Position numbers and translations under genes: made by a program. 64,000 bases of DNA from Felis catus (Eukaryota): NCBI RefSeq assembly GCF_018350175.1, contig NC_058368.1:166472001-166536000 (forward strand), read 5' to 3'. The notes beneath the pieces are model-generated. The model was not told the origin of the DNA. It was given only the letters and a program-made list of their open reading frames with translations, and did not search any database. The number at the start of each line of letters is the position of its first letter. Positions within the stretch are counted from its first letter, which is position 1. Of the stretch, positions 27,143 to 41,569 are shown piece by piece.

Positions 27143-27395
27143 TGTGGCACCTGGGTAGCTCAGTCAGTTGAGTGTCCGATTCTTGGTTTGCCAATGTATA
27201 TTTGGGGACAAATCTGACTTAGGTCATGATCTCAAGGTTTGTGAGTTTGAGCCTTGCATCATGCTCTGTATTGATAGGGCAGACCCTGCTTAAGATTCTC
27301 TCTCTTCCTCTCTCTGCTCCTCCCCCACTTATGCTCACTCTCTCACTCTGGCTCGCTCGCTGTCTCTCGAAATAAATAAGTGAATAAAAAAAATA
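27143..27395 (+). mobile_element. Older CanSINE with a ~25-bp insertion in the head
   Basis: GGCACCTGGGTAGCTCAG...TCTTGGTTT head variant, CT-rich body, A tail. Confidence 0.85.
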
Positions 27396-27956
27396 TGTGT
27401 AATGGAACAAGAATAAAATATTACTACAGTCTCTATGATTCAGTTGTGACCTACCATTTATTGTCAGATTAAATCTATCTACTATTAGATAGAAGTATAC
27501 ATGGCTTTGGGGCCTGGAAAAGTAGATGTCTATCTTCCTCAATCATCATACACTTGGCTTTTTCCAAGAACGGAGTATATGCCAACTACTGGGATAAAGT
27601 TGGAATACTTGGTTTATGGATCCAGACGATTCATTAATGCAGCATTTCTTAAAGTCTTTGACATCTCTGGATCATTGAATAGACATTTGGAATTGAATGG
27701 ACCATAACATTGAGGTAAATTAAGAAAAAGTGATTTATTGGGAAAGAACACAAAGTGTTATAAAAATGTTAATAATTTCATATTAGTAACAACGATATTG
27801 TTTGCATCTTACGTTAATACTTCCAGTTCTTATTTAATGATAAATAGCTATTGTTGTAAGAAGTTTGCATATCCAGGGAGTTTCTTGTCTTAAAAAACCT
27901 AACTTATATTTCTTATGTCTTACTCAAAATAAACATACACACTCACTGCCTGGAAA

Positions 27957-27960
<4 letters not shown>

Positions 27961-28000
<40 letters not shown>
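27961..28000. repeat. (AC)20 microsatellite
   Basis: Read directly from the sequence. Confidence 0.95.
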
Positions 28001-28005
<5 letters not shown>

Positions 28006-28135
28006 TACATACATAGGACGGAAATATGGAGAGATTTCTCCTTAAGGGAAATGGGAAAGTTTCAGCACTTCATCAGAGATGGTGATGTGAAAGGATTGTC
28101 ACGAGTTCCTAATTTCCTGGTTTCCTGACTTGAAT

Positions 28136-28270
28136 CATATATATGTGTGTGTATATACACACACATATATACACATATACATATATATGTGTATACATGT
28201 GTATATGTATGTATACACACATATATGTGTATATATGTACATATATACATGTATATGTGTGTATATATAT
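28136..28270. repeat. 135-bp alternating purine-pyrimidine compound repeat
   Basis: Mosaic of AT, GT and AC dinucleotides. Confidence 0.92.
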
Positions 28271-28589
28271 TTATTCCATTCTTAGCTTGATAGAGGCTAC
28301 ATTCTTAAAAGGAAGATGTAGACTATCAAATAAACATAAAATGAAATTTCAGGCAACAATGTATGTTTTGAAGAAAAATGAAGCAATATATAGAAGGAAA
28401 AGAATAAGAAGAGCTATTTTATTTTTGTGGGATTCTCTGTTAAGGCAAAATTTGAGAAGATGTATGCAAAAGTGAGAAGCAAACAAAAAGTGTCTCAGGC
28501 AGCAAGAGCAGTGAAAGTGAGATCCTAAATGGGGGAATCCTTGGCAGGAAAAAAAACAAACAAAAAAATAGCCAAGCACAAAAAATAGC

Positions 28590-29330
28590 CAAGCAGTATG
28601 AATGGAGTGAGAAGGAGCATGGTAGGAGATTAGGTCTTAGAGAGCAGGACATGGGAGAGGTTGGGACAGATCATGTAAGGTTTTTCAAGAAGACTGTTTT
28701 AAACTAAATAAAGTATGAAACCACTGAATGATTGAGGATAGGGAAAAACCAGTTCCTGCTGATATGTTTTTAAGAACTTTGATACTTTATATATAAACAA
28801 TTATAGGAGCACAAGAATGAAAATAGTGAAACAAGTTAGGAGGCTATGCAATGATCCAGATGGAGAAGATACTGACCTGACATAAGTTGAAGCAATGGGG
28901 GAGGTAAATGTTGACTGTATCCAGGATATATTATGATAGCAAAGTGCATAGGATTTACTAATATATCAGATACATGCTATGAGAGAGAGGAGGCAAGGAT
29001 GACTATAAAACTTTTTCCAGAGCAATCAGGTGAATTGTACAATTTCTTAAGATGGGAATAAAATCAGCCTGAGAAAGGTTCAGTAGTTTTGTATTGGAAA
29101 TGCATTTTGGGATACTCAGTAGACATGCAAGGTGAATTGCTGAATGTGAAGCAACGTATATGAGTACAGAACTCAAGAATGAGGCTGCAATTAGAGCTCT
29201 ATATTTGGCAGTAAGAAGCAAATCGTGTTTCAAGCCATGGGACTAGGTGTGATCACACAAAGTGCAATTAGGTAGTGAAGAAGATGCAAGGAGCCTGACT
29301 CAGCAGGAGCAGCCAGAGAGGTAGGAGGAC
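28590..29330 (-). mobile_element. Decayed L2 LINE
   Basis: AG-rich; gttaggaggctatgcaatgatccagatg; aagccatgggactaggtgtgatcac. Confidence 0.6.
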
Positions 29331-29486
29331 AAAACACCTGTTATTGAACTCCAAATACATACTCATTTAATGAATATAAAAATAAATCAGTTTGCTTATA
29401 AATTGCAATCCACAGTGAGGTTTGTCAAAAGAGAGTAAATCTATTTTTGTTGCCTTTTTTTTTTTTAGTAAAAACCACTACTACTG

Positions 29487-29683
29487 ATATATATATAGTG
29501 TATATATATATATATATATATACTATATATATATATATACACAATATATATACTATATGTATACTATATATATATATATACTATATATATACTATATATA
29601 CACTATATATATATATCTACTGATATATACATATATATGTCTACTGATATGTATATATATACGCACACACATAAATGCCTATA

Positions 29684-29733
<50 letters not shown>

Positions 29734-29742
29734 CATATATAT
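29487..29742. repeat. Long (TA)n-rich plus (TG)n compound microsatellite
   Basis: Read directly from the sequence. Confidence 0.92.
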
Positions 29743-32256
29743 TTGCTTATAACTGTACTTTGTATATAGAGCAATGCCTCGCACATACTTGGTACTCAAT
29801 AAATACATGTTAGATAAATAGGGGGGCTAAGCAGAAAAACAGTAACATAAACAAATTTGCTTTGAAATTGTTACTCTGTAATGTGGAGAATATTCTTTGG
29901 CAAGGCAAAAGTGTCTATGGGAATAGAGTTAAGAATGTACTGTACTAACCCAGGCAGGAGAATTTCAAAGCATGAACTATGAAGAAGGAAATAGAGATGA
30001 TGAAAAACAAAGATGTGAGAGCTATTTAAGAAGTAAATTACAGAGCAGTAATGAATCAGTACTGGGAATGGACAAAGGGCATAGGATAACTTCTAGATTA
30101 TTCACTATCAGGATAACACATTCGTTCTTATTACTATTCTAGGAATAAAGGAAAAAGGTGTCTTAGAAGGTTGGGGGGACATGGGTTCGTTCCGAAATAT
30201 GCTGCATTTATTACCTAAAAATGTAAGAGATTATTAGAGACACAGTTCTGGAGTAGAACAATGAACTATGAGTTGGAGACACTTTTGAGCCATCTGTATA
30301 TAAGTAACGACTGAGACTATTAGCTTAGATGAAATATCTTAGGCCAAATAGAATAAAAGAAAAGATAATTTAAGACAAATCATAATGAACTAAAAAATAC
30401 AACACTGAGTGAAGAATGATGAATTTGCCAACAAAAAAGCCAAGTCAGACCAAAAGATAAAAATAGAAAATGAGAATGATAATATATCATGGAAGTCAAA
30501 TTTTAGGAAAGTAAGTTTCAAAAGGATGTAATGATTGACAGTGGTGGAAAAGGGTGAGACTTCTGTCTTGGGGAATGGCATATTTGTTGATGGTCCCTCT
30601 ACAAAGAGATAAAATCGCTAACTTAAAAAAAATAACAGCGTAAAATCTGACAATATGGTAATAAATTATGAGGTAAAAAGATTTCCAGAGTGGAACAAAT
30701 AAATATTATTTAAGGAAATTAAAAAATGGCTGTTTTCAAATGCTATTGAGAACTAAAAGTAAATACCAGAAAATCCTTGATGGTTTTAGAGAAAATAATT
30801 TTATTGGTTTCCTTATCAAGAATTATTTGATGCACTATTGTGCTTGAAGTCAAATTGGACTGGTAGAGAAATCTGTACCAGGTGAATAAATGAAGAGCAT
30901 GAATATTACCCTTTCTTTAGAGAAGTAGAGCAAAGTACTGACAAATAATTGACTGATAGGGCAATAGCTATCAGATGATATGGGGTGGTGGGGTTTATTT
31001 ACTTTTCTAAGGGAAAATCACTTATGGTACTAAAAATAAAAAGCCCTACCTATACACATAAATACTTCTTTGCTACTCTGACAATTCAATCATTTTTGAT
31101 CCACTTGCAGTTTATTGCATAGATTATAAAATGAAAAACTTCTTTATAATGTATATAATTTCATTAACAAGTAGGATACTTCTCTTTCAAATATAGATAT
31201 ACACTTCAGTAATGCATATATGTATACATGTGTGTGTGTTTCCATATACATAGGATATGTGGATAAGCTTTGTGTGCATATGTGCACACACACACACACA
31301 TCCTATGTACTTTAGTGATATCAATCATCTAAAAAGAAAGCGAATGGATATGTTTACAGAATAGTAAATATTTTTTCACATCATGTATCATTGATTTCAT
31401 ATCACTGTCAACATTGCATTTATGAAAAGAATATTTTCCAATAGCTACTTCTGTTTTTCTGAGTGTGTGACTAAGTTCAGAATTGGTTTTATATATTTCT
31501 CTGCAAAAGTTGTGATTTTTAACCTCTTTTCCATATAAGGAGTAAAAATATTCATAAAGCTTCTGTAATTTTGTTCTCTACCTTACATTTAACAACTAAT
31601 CATTTCAATAAAAAGCATGATCACAAAATTAGTATTAATAACACAGTTTGCAATAATACTATAAGCATACACAGAAGACCTCCTTACAAAGCCAGAATAT
31701 GCTGTCCTATACCTAGAAAAATTACTTGATGTTTATTGTGTACATATCAACTGTATTCCAGAGAAGTCGCTTGGGTTTGACAGAAAATGATGAAAACTCT
31801 CTAGTGGTTTTATGTTACTCTTTGAGAAACATTTAAGACACGATGAAATTCTCCAATAAAATCCAGTTTTAGAATACTCATCCTTAAACATCCCATTAAA
31901 AAAAGTTATCTTTGATGGCTACTTATGTGAAATTAGAGTTTTCCCAGCACAAGGTTTGCACATTCTATGTGTGTTCTAAGTTCCTACATACATTATCCTG
32001 AATGTATTTTTCACATTAGTTGGTCCATCTCCACAACTGTTAAATCATTTTTGAGTCACTGATTCATGTCTTAAATTAGAGTAATGGCACTGAAATGTGA
32101 CCTATGATAAATTATTAAACATAAACAATAAAAAGTAAATGATGTGAAACACTTTGACAAAAATTACCAAGCCTTGTTTAATGAATTGTAACAGAGACCA
32201 ACTCAACAATGTGATTTTGTAGTTCATGGGAAAACTTTAAAAATAAAGAGATTGTT

Positions 32257-32456
32257 GGGTTGCCTGGGTGACTCAGTTGGTTAAGGGTCCGACTCTTGGT
32301 TTCGGTTCAGGTCATGATCTCACAGCTTGTGAGATCAAGCCCTGCTTCAGGCTCTGTGCTCACAGCGTAGAGCCTGCTTGGGATTCTCTCTCTTCCTCTC
32401 TCTCTCTGCTCCTTCCTTGTTCATGTGCATACACACATGCTGGCTCTCTCTCTCGA
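32257..32456 (+). mobile_element. Older CanSINE (GACTCTTGGTTTCGG head variant), tail eroded
   Basis: tRNA-like head and CT-rich body. Confidence 0.88.
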
Positions 32457-33473
32457 TAGGTAGAGAACTAAGAATATAACAATATTGAATCAAAATCTGA
32501 ATGGATTATACATTTCACCTTTCAAATTAGGTAAACATAGAAAATTGTTTCTTCTCTCTCTCACCCTACTCTAAAAAGCAGCAGCTCCATCTGCAGAAAA
32601 TGTGTTTGACCACAGAGAGCTGCAATGGTCCATTTACCACACTTTACAAACACTGCACTAATGACTGCTTCCTTATCACTCTTCACCTATTAAGACGTGC
32701 AATAAACACATCTTTTAAAGTTTTACATTACTGTGGCTTCAAATACATCTTTTATGTGCAGTAATGATTTTCTAATGAATGTATATGCCTCAATGTCTTC
32801 TAAGTATTGATTAGTATAAGCAGGCTAATTTTAATTCCTAGCAATTTCCATTTGTCAACGAGATCTTTATCAGTTTCCTACTGTATGCCTAGCCTCATTA
32901 AGAAAAAAAAAGATTTGTGCCAGAGCTACAAAATTGCGACTTTTCTTTCTTAGAAGAAAAGGTAGTGGTTAAAAATTACCATATTTAATGTACAATTCAT
33001 TGTCATTTAAAAATAAAACATTTTCAACAAGAATGTAAAAACATTAATTTTGAAAAAAAACACCAATAATAGTTTGATTCTAACGTTACTGGTAGACTTC
33101 CTCAAGGGGTGAAATTGACATGAATTTGTTTTAGCCCTTAATCATAGGTATTTAACACAGTACAATATATTCAATAAAATTCACAATAAGTATAATTTTG
33201 CTGACTCTAATCAAATAAGTATTTTTGTCTTTCTCTATCACTTTAACTTTATGTAACGTTACATTTACCAGCTTTAAAAAGTATAATCCAAGGCTTTTTC
33301 GCATGAACGTTTTCCTTTATCCTTCATGTTTGTCATTTTTTTATTTATATAACATTCCTTTTAGCTCATATGCCATAATGTTTAAACACTTCCTTAGACA
33401 TATTTAAATTTTTTCAATTTTATGATTCCACAGGTAAATTTTTAACAAACTTTCGCTAAGCATATAGCATTCT

Positions 33474-33717
33474 ACTTTTATTTTTTTATTTTTTATTTTT
33501 TAATTTTTACTTATTTATTTATTTTTCCAATATATGAAATTTATTGTCAAATTGGTTTCCATACAACACCCAGTGCTCATCCCAAAAGGTGCCCTCCTCA
33601 ATACCCATCACCCAGCCTTCCCTCCCTCCCACCCCCAACAACCCTCAGTTCTCAGTTTTTAAGAGTCTCTCATGCTTTGATTCTCTCCCACTCTAACCTC
33701 TGTTTTTTTTTTTATTT
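33474..33717 (-). mobile_element. Short 3'-end fragment of a young felid LINE-1
   Basis: Closely matches 45675-45860 (aatatatgaaatttattgtcaa...ctctaacctc); T-rich tail; TAGCATTCT repeated at 33465-33473 and 33718-33726. Confidence 0.88.
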
Positions 33718-36700
33718 TAGCATTCTTTTAGAGAACTGTTTCCTTAAGTCAAATTTTCAAAAGTGGGATGACCCAATCAAGAGATTGTTTATAATATATT
33801 TTGATTTGAGTCATGCACCATATTGTTTTCAAAAGATCTTACCAATGCATAACACCAGATTTCTTGTGTAGGGAAACACTTTGAAAGTCTCTTGACCTAT
33901 CCTGAAATTGTTTTGGGATAACAACTACAAACTAAATTCTTGGTGATGTTTAAGTGGCTATTAAAATGTATTTTTCATTTCCTACTATCTAAACTCTCCC
34001 CAAGGTTTTTTTTTCCCCAACTCTCTGTATGTGGCTGTAAATTAATAAGTTTCATTGATATCTTGGTGATACAGCAATGCTCACAAACTTGCCATTCTGT
34101 GATGTTAAATAAAACATACTTGAGTATAAAGTTCTTATAAAAGTGAAATTTAGAGTCAATTCTAAAACTTAGAAAATGCTCCAATGCAACTTCCCTGAAG
34201 AATAGTATAAGTGTCATCTCTCTGAAGAGGAGCTGAACATACATAAATGCACTGCCATTTTGAACGTCAATAACAGTACCTGAAAAACAAGTAGCTCATA
34301 TTTTGCAGTAGTTATTCTCATGTGGTGTTTTGAAGTTGATATTTCACATTCTGAAAGTCACATACTAATAGTGAATGTAATAAATAGATTGAATAAGATC
34401 TCCTGGTTGATTTTTGTTCACAGGAGAGAATTTAAGGTTTTTTTTTTAAGAGACTAACTTACCCCCCTTTCTTTGGATTGAGTAGAACATCTAGAGGACT
34501 GTACTATGGCAGCATGCTGTGTTTAAAAAAAAATAAACTGTATTTTTAAAAATACATATGATATTCCACTTTGATCAACAGAAGGCCACGCACATTTGGA
34601 ACTAACAGGTCATTTAAATGGTATATATCAAATAGCATAGGGTGCAACAATGACCTAGCTTAATAGGAAAATTGCAAACTAGTTTTATTCAATTCCTTCA
34701 TAAAATGGGATAGGAAAAATGTTTTTTCCCATATCCTATTGCCATACAAAATGTCCAGAGCCACCTACTCCTATTCAGATGAGTCTCGTGGTTCAAACTG
34801 TGAGATGGCAAGTGGTCCAAAGGCTATAAATAAACAGGGATGCAGAAGCAGCAACATTCTAGAACTTGTGTCCTTTTTCATGTCGATGACTCTTATTTGT
34901 CCACTCTTTCCTTTCATACTACATATCCCCTATGCCATCAGTCTCTCCCTCTCCTCATTTACCTCAGGTCTAAAATCATCTTTGGGTGGAGAAAAATTGC
35001 TCTCCAAGCACATGTTAGAATCTTTCAGTTTATTACTTAGGCTAGTGTTTTCTCTACTTCGTTTTTGTTTCTATGTATGCTGAGAGAGGGGATGAAAGAA
35101 GCTTAAGGTTCCAATGAAATGCTGGAAGGTAAGTAGGGAAATGCGTAGGCAACACACAGGTTAATACTTCTAGACTTAACCCGGCTACCTGTGTTATTGC
35201 TTACAAGATAACTTCAAATCCTAGTTTCCCTTTGTAATTGAGTTTAAAGCTCTGGGTAGTTTGAATCATTTTTACATAAAGTGTAGGCAAGAGGTGAATC
35301 TAGTTGTCATTGCTCTTTTCGTTTTTCCTTGTGAATGGAATCGAGGTCATCAAGTATTCCCATTTCTAATAGGAGAGTCATAGTTATGAATTCTCAGGCT
35401 AACATCTGTAAGTTCCATTATGTTCTGTTACCTGAGAAAACCTCAGAGTGATTTAACATCCATGTTTAAACAAATAACTGAAAGTTCTTCAATTTGAAGC
35501 ACTCTTTTTGAATACCAGATATAAAACTGTAGATTTTCATTTAGCTACGACATACTCATGACTGAAATAAGCTTGAAACTTTTCTGCTTCTAATTTTTTA
35601 AGAAAGGAATCCTTTATATCTTTCATGGAAAACATACAGCCTCTCCCAAGGTTGACCTACATAAAATCTCAGGCTTACTTGCAAAATAAATTTCACATGT
35701 TCTATACTTCATTATCTTAAGGAAAACATGTTTCTTCAGCTGGATTGTTTGTAGTTTACGAATGGATTCTCATCCTTTGTTGGGATATAATTACATTGGC
35801 TTTATTTATGACATTATTTATAGCCTTATAATCCATTACATAATACATTGAGTCTCTCAAACAGTGCTTTGACTGGGAATCTGTGTGCTCTTAGGGGAGG
35901 ATACAAGTAAAGTATAGGGGGGAATTAAAGACCATTTTCAAAGCTTAGTAAAAATCCCTTCAATTAAAATTAAACGTACACATTTTTCCTTCATAACTGT
36001 GCACCTTGAAAAATGCTTATGTAATAGGTTGTGCATTTGCAAAAGGTATGCAACAACGTATCAGCAACTTAGTCCTACCTCATCATCGTTTCATGCTTTG
36101 CTTTGCTCAGGTCTGCATGGCTATCCTCTATCCCACCATGAGAAGGTACTTAACTTTCTCATATCAGCTGTCATCATGTCATTTTAATGTGATTTGTTTT
36201 TCTTTAACTGATTGTCACCCTCTAAGAAAATGGACTCCTTCAGAATTAGAATACTGCCTGCCTTCATTGCATCTTCCCACAACTAATAGATCACAAATAA
36301 TTTACAACTTCCATCAACCTTTGAAAAATCTCACTTATCTTTCATATACGCTTCTTACTTCTCCCCAAGTAGCTTCCATTAGGATATACATTCTAACTAG
36401 TATTTTTTTTGGATTAGCAAAGGTGAGCACTATGCCTTGGGCCCTAATTTTTTGATCACATATTTATTGATAATGATAATGCATTTAATTGTATCAAACT
36501 CTTTCTGCTTCTTTTAGCCCAAAGATATTTCTGTGTTACAAATAATTGATCAATGTAAAACAAATCAATATGCAAAATAAGAGTAAGTCATAAACTAAAA
36601 ATACATAGAATAACAATTTTTGAACATAATTATTTTACCTCATTAGAAAGACATCAGGATGAATTGTCCAACATTGTATAATGTCCAAATGCACAGCTTT

Positions 36701-39700
36701 ATTCTAAAACGCCCTTGCCTATTTTTTATATCTGTGCAATCTTAGATTTAATTCATATATTAAAAAATAAATATGCATTCACCAAATTGTATATAGCAAG
36801 TACAATGTTTATATCAGAATGCATTTCTTCTTAAGTTTTATTAAATATAAAACATAAACCTCTGCCTTTCTTACATCTAATGTTTGGTTGTTTTTTTATG
36901 AACCACAAAGGTGAAGAGAAATTCTACATAAAACATACTACAAGTAGAGGCATCTGTTTATTAAGTAGCTTCCTATACTTCGATATTAATGACTATATAT
37001 CTCTTAAGAGGCAAAATCCATGATAATTTGGGATTGTTTTTATCATATGCCAATAATAATACCTAATAATCAAGATAAACACCTCTTATAATTGAGTAAA
37101 TTTTTTTGGAAATGGGTAAAACAACTAAAATAATACTCTCCTATTTCAATTAGACATTCATAATTTTAAAATAAAAATACTTTCAGTAAAAATTTATCCT
37201 TAGTTTTTATAACTTACTGCATTCAGTACAATTCCCTATATCTGAATCTGAGCCTTACCATTTACTAGAGGTAGAACCTTTGGGAATTTTTAACCTTTCT
37301 AAGCCCTAGTCACTTTATTTATAAAATTACATCATGTGGGTTTTTTTTTTTTTTTGAGATTTAGAAGAGACTTCAGATGGATAAAATGCCTGACAAATTG
37401 TAAAAGCTCTGTAAGTATTATTTTTATTGTATGGATTTAATTTTAATAGTATAATGATTTCTCTTGTAATTCTCTGCTGAAAACATATGCAAATAAAAAT
37501 CTTCTCAAGAACACTTAGTCTTTCCTCCTTCGGGGGCATCCAGCTTTTTATAAGATAGAAAGAATCTTCTGTCCTTGGAGAAGTCCTTCAAGTAGTACCT
37601 GAGTGTCAGTCAAATGGCAGTTATCATACATCTATTATAGTTAATGCCTTTCAAGATATTATCCTCTCACAAGCCCAAGGACTATAATTATTTGGAAATA
37701 GATATTTTCCTTAAAATTGGTATGCTTTAACCTGTTTGAAACCAGGAGGTCAAGGAATATTTAAATTATAGTCTGTTTCCTTCTTACTCAGAGTTCAAAG
37801 TTTTTTAAATGAATATTTCCATTACATAGGTCTTCTTAGGCTTTAAAAATAATAGAAAAATGTCATTTGGGTTACTTTTTACCCAATCATAACTTTATCA
37901 TCTGTCAACTCACCAAGGCCCATCTGGAAGTGTTGCCATAGAAGTCTGGGCACTTAGGGCTCTCATTCTTCTGAATGGCTTCTGGCTCTTTGGCTCATTC
38001 TCTTGTGTATTCTAACAACACAACACTGAGACATACTGTTTATATAAATGTCAATAAAATGAAATTGAGTCCCACAAATAATCCTATCTAAAATTTTTCC
38101 AACATTTTACTTGCAAAAACTACCTCAAGATCTTCACAAACTTATTATCACCAAAAGGCATAGTGGGATTACTTTTTTCAAAAAAACACTACTTTAAAAA
38201 ATCCATTATAAAGTCACAATCTTTAACAAGTTTAAGGATTATGATGAGTTTGAAAATCAAATAAGAACTCATGCCTTATATTACATCATAGTAAAGAGAT
38301 GTGGACTATCGGCAGTTTAAAATCAATTTGTTCTATCTGAACAGAACGCAGATCATGAGATGAATAAATAGAATTATACACATTGTGCACAAACAGAAGT
38401 TGCATTGTCCAACCAAATAAAAGTCTTTTTATGTTCGTGAGCCAGGAGGTGGGGAACAGGGGATGCTTGTTAGGTATTGATTTTTGTAGATGCACACATC
38501 TGCATAATGATCTTAGTTAACAGCATTACCTAATACAAAGTGCATGGAGATAGCTAAGCTGTTTAGACTGCCAGAGGAAGTAAAAAGTAGGAAAGAAGCT
38601 GGAGCCTACCTGTGCCTTGTTGTATGTATACAATAATGCAGCAGGAGTTCAAAGTAAAGTCAAGAAAATATTGAGCAATGGGCCTTTTCCCAAATGTAAG
38701 GCACGGTAAAATGTTTAAATATGCAGACTTGTTTGGAGAAATTTGTCCAACCTTCTTATTTTAAATCTGTGTTTATATATATTATAGACTATATATTACT
38801 CCATACCCGAGTTTTTTACTATATTTCTGAGATACCACTTGATAGGTTAGTTTTAGATGCATCATCTAGAAATCACATAATTATTGAGTATCTACTCCGA
38901 ATTGGGTCAATCAGCAAAGAAGTGAACACAAAAATCAGGATGCCAGCTTTTGTGGAGCTTTGTAATAGTTAAAATTATCATCAACTAAACACACATATTT
39001 ATATTAATTTTAGATACTTCTGTAAAACTTTATAGTTAATTTTTAAGTCATATTTATAAAAGATAATTACTTAGTTGATTTCATTGCTAAGTATACATTT
39101 TCAAATTTGTGCCAATCTAGGGATGCTTTGCTGATAGGTTTCTCCCTTCTTTCCTTCCCCTTGTGCTTTCTTTTCTTTTTTATAATTTTAAACTCCGAAC
39201 ATACATATCAATTTTTTTATTTTCATTATATTCAATCTATGGATCTAAAATAATTGACTTTAATCATTTCCCCTAAAAATGGACAACTATTTATGACATT
39301 TTTACTATTTGTAGTAATGTCCCACTGAACATATATGTTGAAAGAGTGTGTGAATTCTAGTGCATATTATGAGTATCTTCACAAGATAAATTTCTAGAAA
39401 TAAAATTGCAGGCTCAAAAAGTACATTTGAAATTTGGTGTTGTGTTAAAATATCTTACCTTGAAAAAATTTTATGCCAACTTATATATCAATATTATAGT
39501 ATAAGAATACCTGTCAAATCTTTGCTTCATTAATCCATTTATTCATTTATTCAAGAAACATTTATTGCATACTTACAGTATGCCAGGCACTATTATAACT
39601 AATGGATTATCACAGAGAACCAGCCAAGAAATTTTGCTTCCATATCAGAGTCTTATATTCTAGCAAATAATTAATGAGGCCTGTCCCAAAATACTTGATT

Positions 39701-40289
39701 TTGTGATAGCCTTCTGGCCTTAAAAACATAAAACAAAAAAGGATTTTGAGAAAAAAAATTCTCTATTTGAAGACCACTACAAAACTCAGATAATGTATCC
39801 TGGTGAGAACTGAAAATATACAAGGTTTATTTACAAAATAAGAGTCGATTTAATTACTAGAAGGCATTATAATTATCTCACACATCTTATTTTTGCAAAA
39901 CATGAAGAGGTCAAGGAGAAAATTATCCTAGATCACTGCGCCCTTAAACATTCTCTAATAATGATTTCATTCACTTATTTCTTTGCACATTACCTAGTAT
40001 AATATTGTATTATTTTAATCGTTATTCTTGTATTTCCCAATATTTTCACATTCTACAAAAATCTTATGGAGATAAATTTGAGCAATTAGTTTCAAATGTT
40101 TAGTACTAATTTATGAATTGGAAATGCATGCACAGGGTTACAATACATGCTACATAAAAGACATATAAAATAAATTAAGTGTTCTTTCCATTGCGGACCC
40201 AGAGCCATCCTGGTGGCAGCCATTATTGTATTTCTTGTGCATACTTCAAGAAGTAGTGTAAGTAGTCTAGGCGTATGTACTGAAACAAA

Positions 40290-40416
40290 AGGTATGCATA
40301 TAATTTATTGACCAAACTGAGACACTTTTGAAAGTGAAATGGTGTGCAAGTATTAATTATACCAGGACAACAGGTAAAAATTAGAAGGGAGCAAACTGAG
40401 ATAGTTGGTCATCCTA
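40290..40416. mobile_element. MER81-like hAT-Blackjack MITE
   Basis: catataatttattgaccaaactgagacacttttgaaagtgaaa...tggtcatccta resembles the recalled MER81 consensus. Confidence 0.6.
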
Positions 40417-40923
40417 TATGTGTACACATATATTTGGGTGAATATATATTTTAACTTGATCTATATAGCATCATACTTCACACTCTTCTTCACCTTCCTT
40501 TTTTCACATAATGGTATATTTTGGATATATTTGCAGAGATTATACATAAAATTACTAATCCTGTATAATGTCTACATGGACATCTCATTATTTCCCCTGT
40601 TGACATTTAGATTATTTCCATTTTTTTACTGTAACAAATAATGTTGTATTAAATATCCTTATATACCTCTATATCTTTCTCTATATATAGGTCATTTTGC
40701 TTACATGTAAGTATATATGTATAATCAACTGATAGAACTGTTGAGTTAAAACCTATGTGTCTTTAAAATTTTGATGGATATTGCTAGACTATCATCTTGA
40801 AAAGTTCTATCACCAATATAGAGGATCCCCTTATTTACTCAAATGATTGACAGTGCAGTGAATTATCACAATTCATTATGTATGTTAAATTTATTAATAT
40901 TTAAAAATTATGTCTTGTTAATT

Positions 40924-41137
40924 AAAAGAAATAATGTTTATTTTTGAGAGAGAGAGACAGAGACAGAGTGTGAGCAGGAGAGGGGCAGAAAGAAAGAGGG
41001 AGACACCAAATCCAAAGCAGGTTTCAGGCTTTGACCTGTCAGCCCAGAGCTCAACATGGGGCTCAAACTCATGAACCATGAGTTCAATGCCTGAGCCAAA
41101 GTCAGACACTTAACCAACTGAGCCACCCAGGCACCCC
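40924..41137 (-). mobile_element. Felid CanSINE
   Basis: TSD ATGTCTTGTTAATT at 40910-40923 and 41138-41151. Confidence 0.93.
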
Positions 41138-41342
41138 ATGTCTTGTTAATTTTTATTTTCCTTTGTATGCAACTCTCATTTAACATGTTTTAATTTCTTC
41201 ATGCCCATTTTTTGTATGAAATTATTGATCTTTGCCTTATTAATTTACAAGAGACATAAGTTATTTTGTACTGATGGATGAATTCTCATCCATTCAGACA
41301 TATGCATTGGGTAATCAATGCCTACATTTCAGTTTTATTCTT

Positions 41343-41569
41343 TTTTTTTTTTTTAATTTTTTTTTCAACGTTTATTTATTTTTGGGACAGAGAGAGACAG
41401 AGCATGAACGGGCAAGGGGCAGAGAGAGAGGGAGACACAGAATCGGAAACAGGCTCCAGGCTCTGAGCCATCAGCCCAGAGCCCGACGCGGGGCTCGAAC
41501 TCACGGACCACGAGATCGTGACCTGGCTGAAGTCGGACGCTTAACCTGACTGCGCCACCCAGGCGCCCC
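41343..41569 (-). mobile_element. Very young felid CanSINE
   Basis: Same diagnostic variants as 12949-13155; long T tail; perfect TSD TCAGTTTTATTCTT at 41329-41342 and 41570-41583. Confidence 0.96.

Noticed and set aside
27501..36455. Unique-sequence ORFs at 27501-27707, 34739-35083 and 36006-36455 as host exons
   Set aside because: No recognisable domain, composition typical of random AT-rich DNA, and several rely on non-ATG starts.
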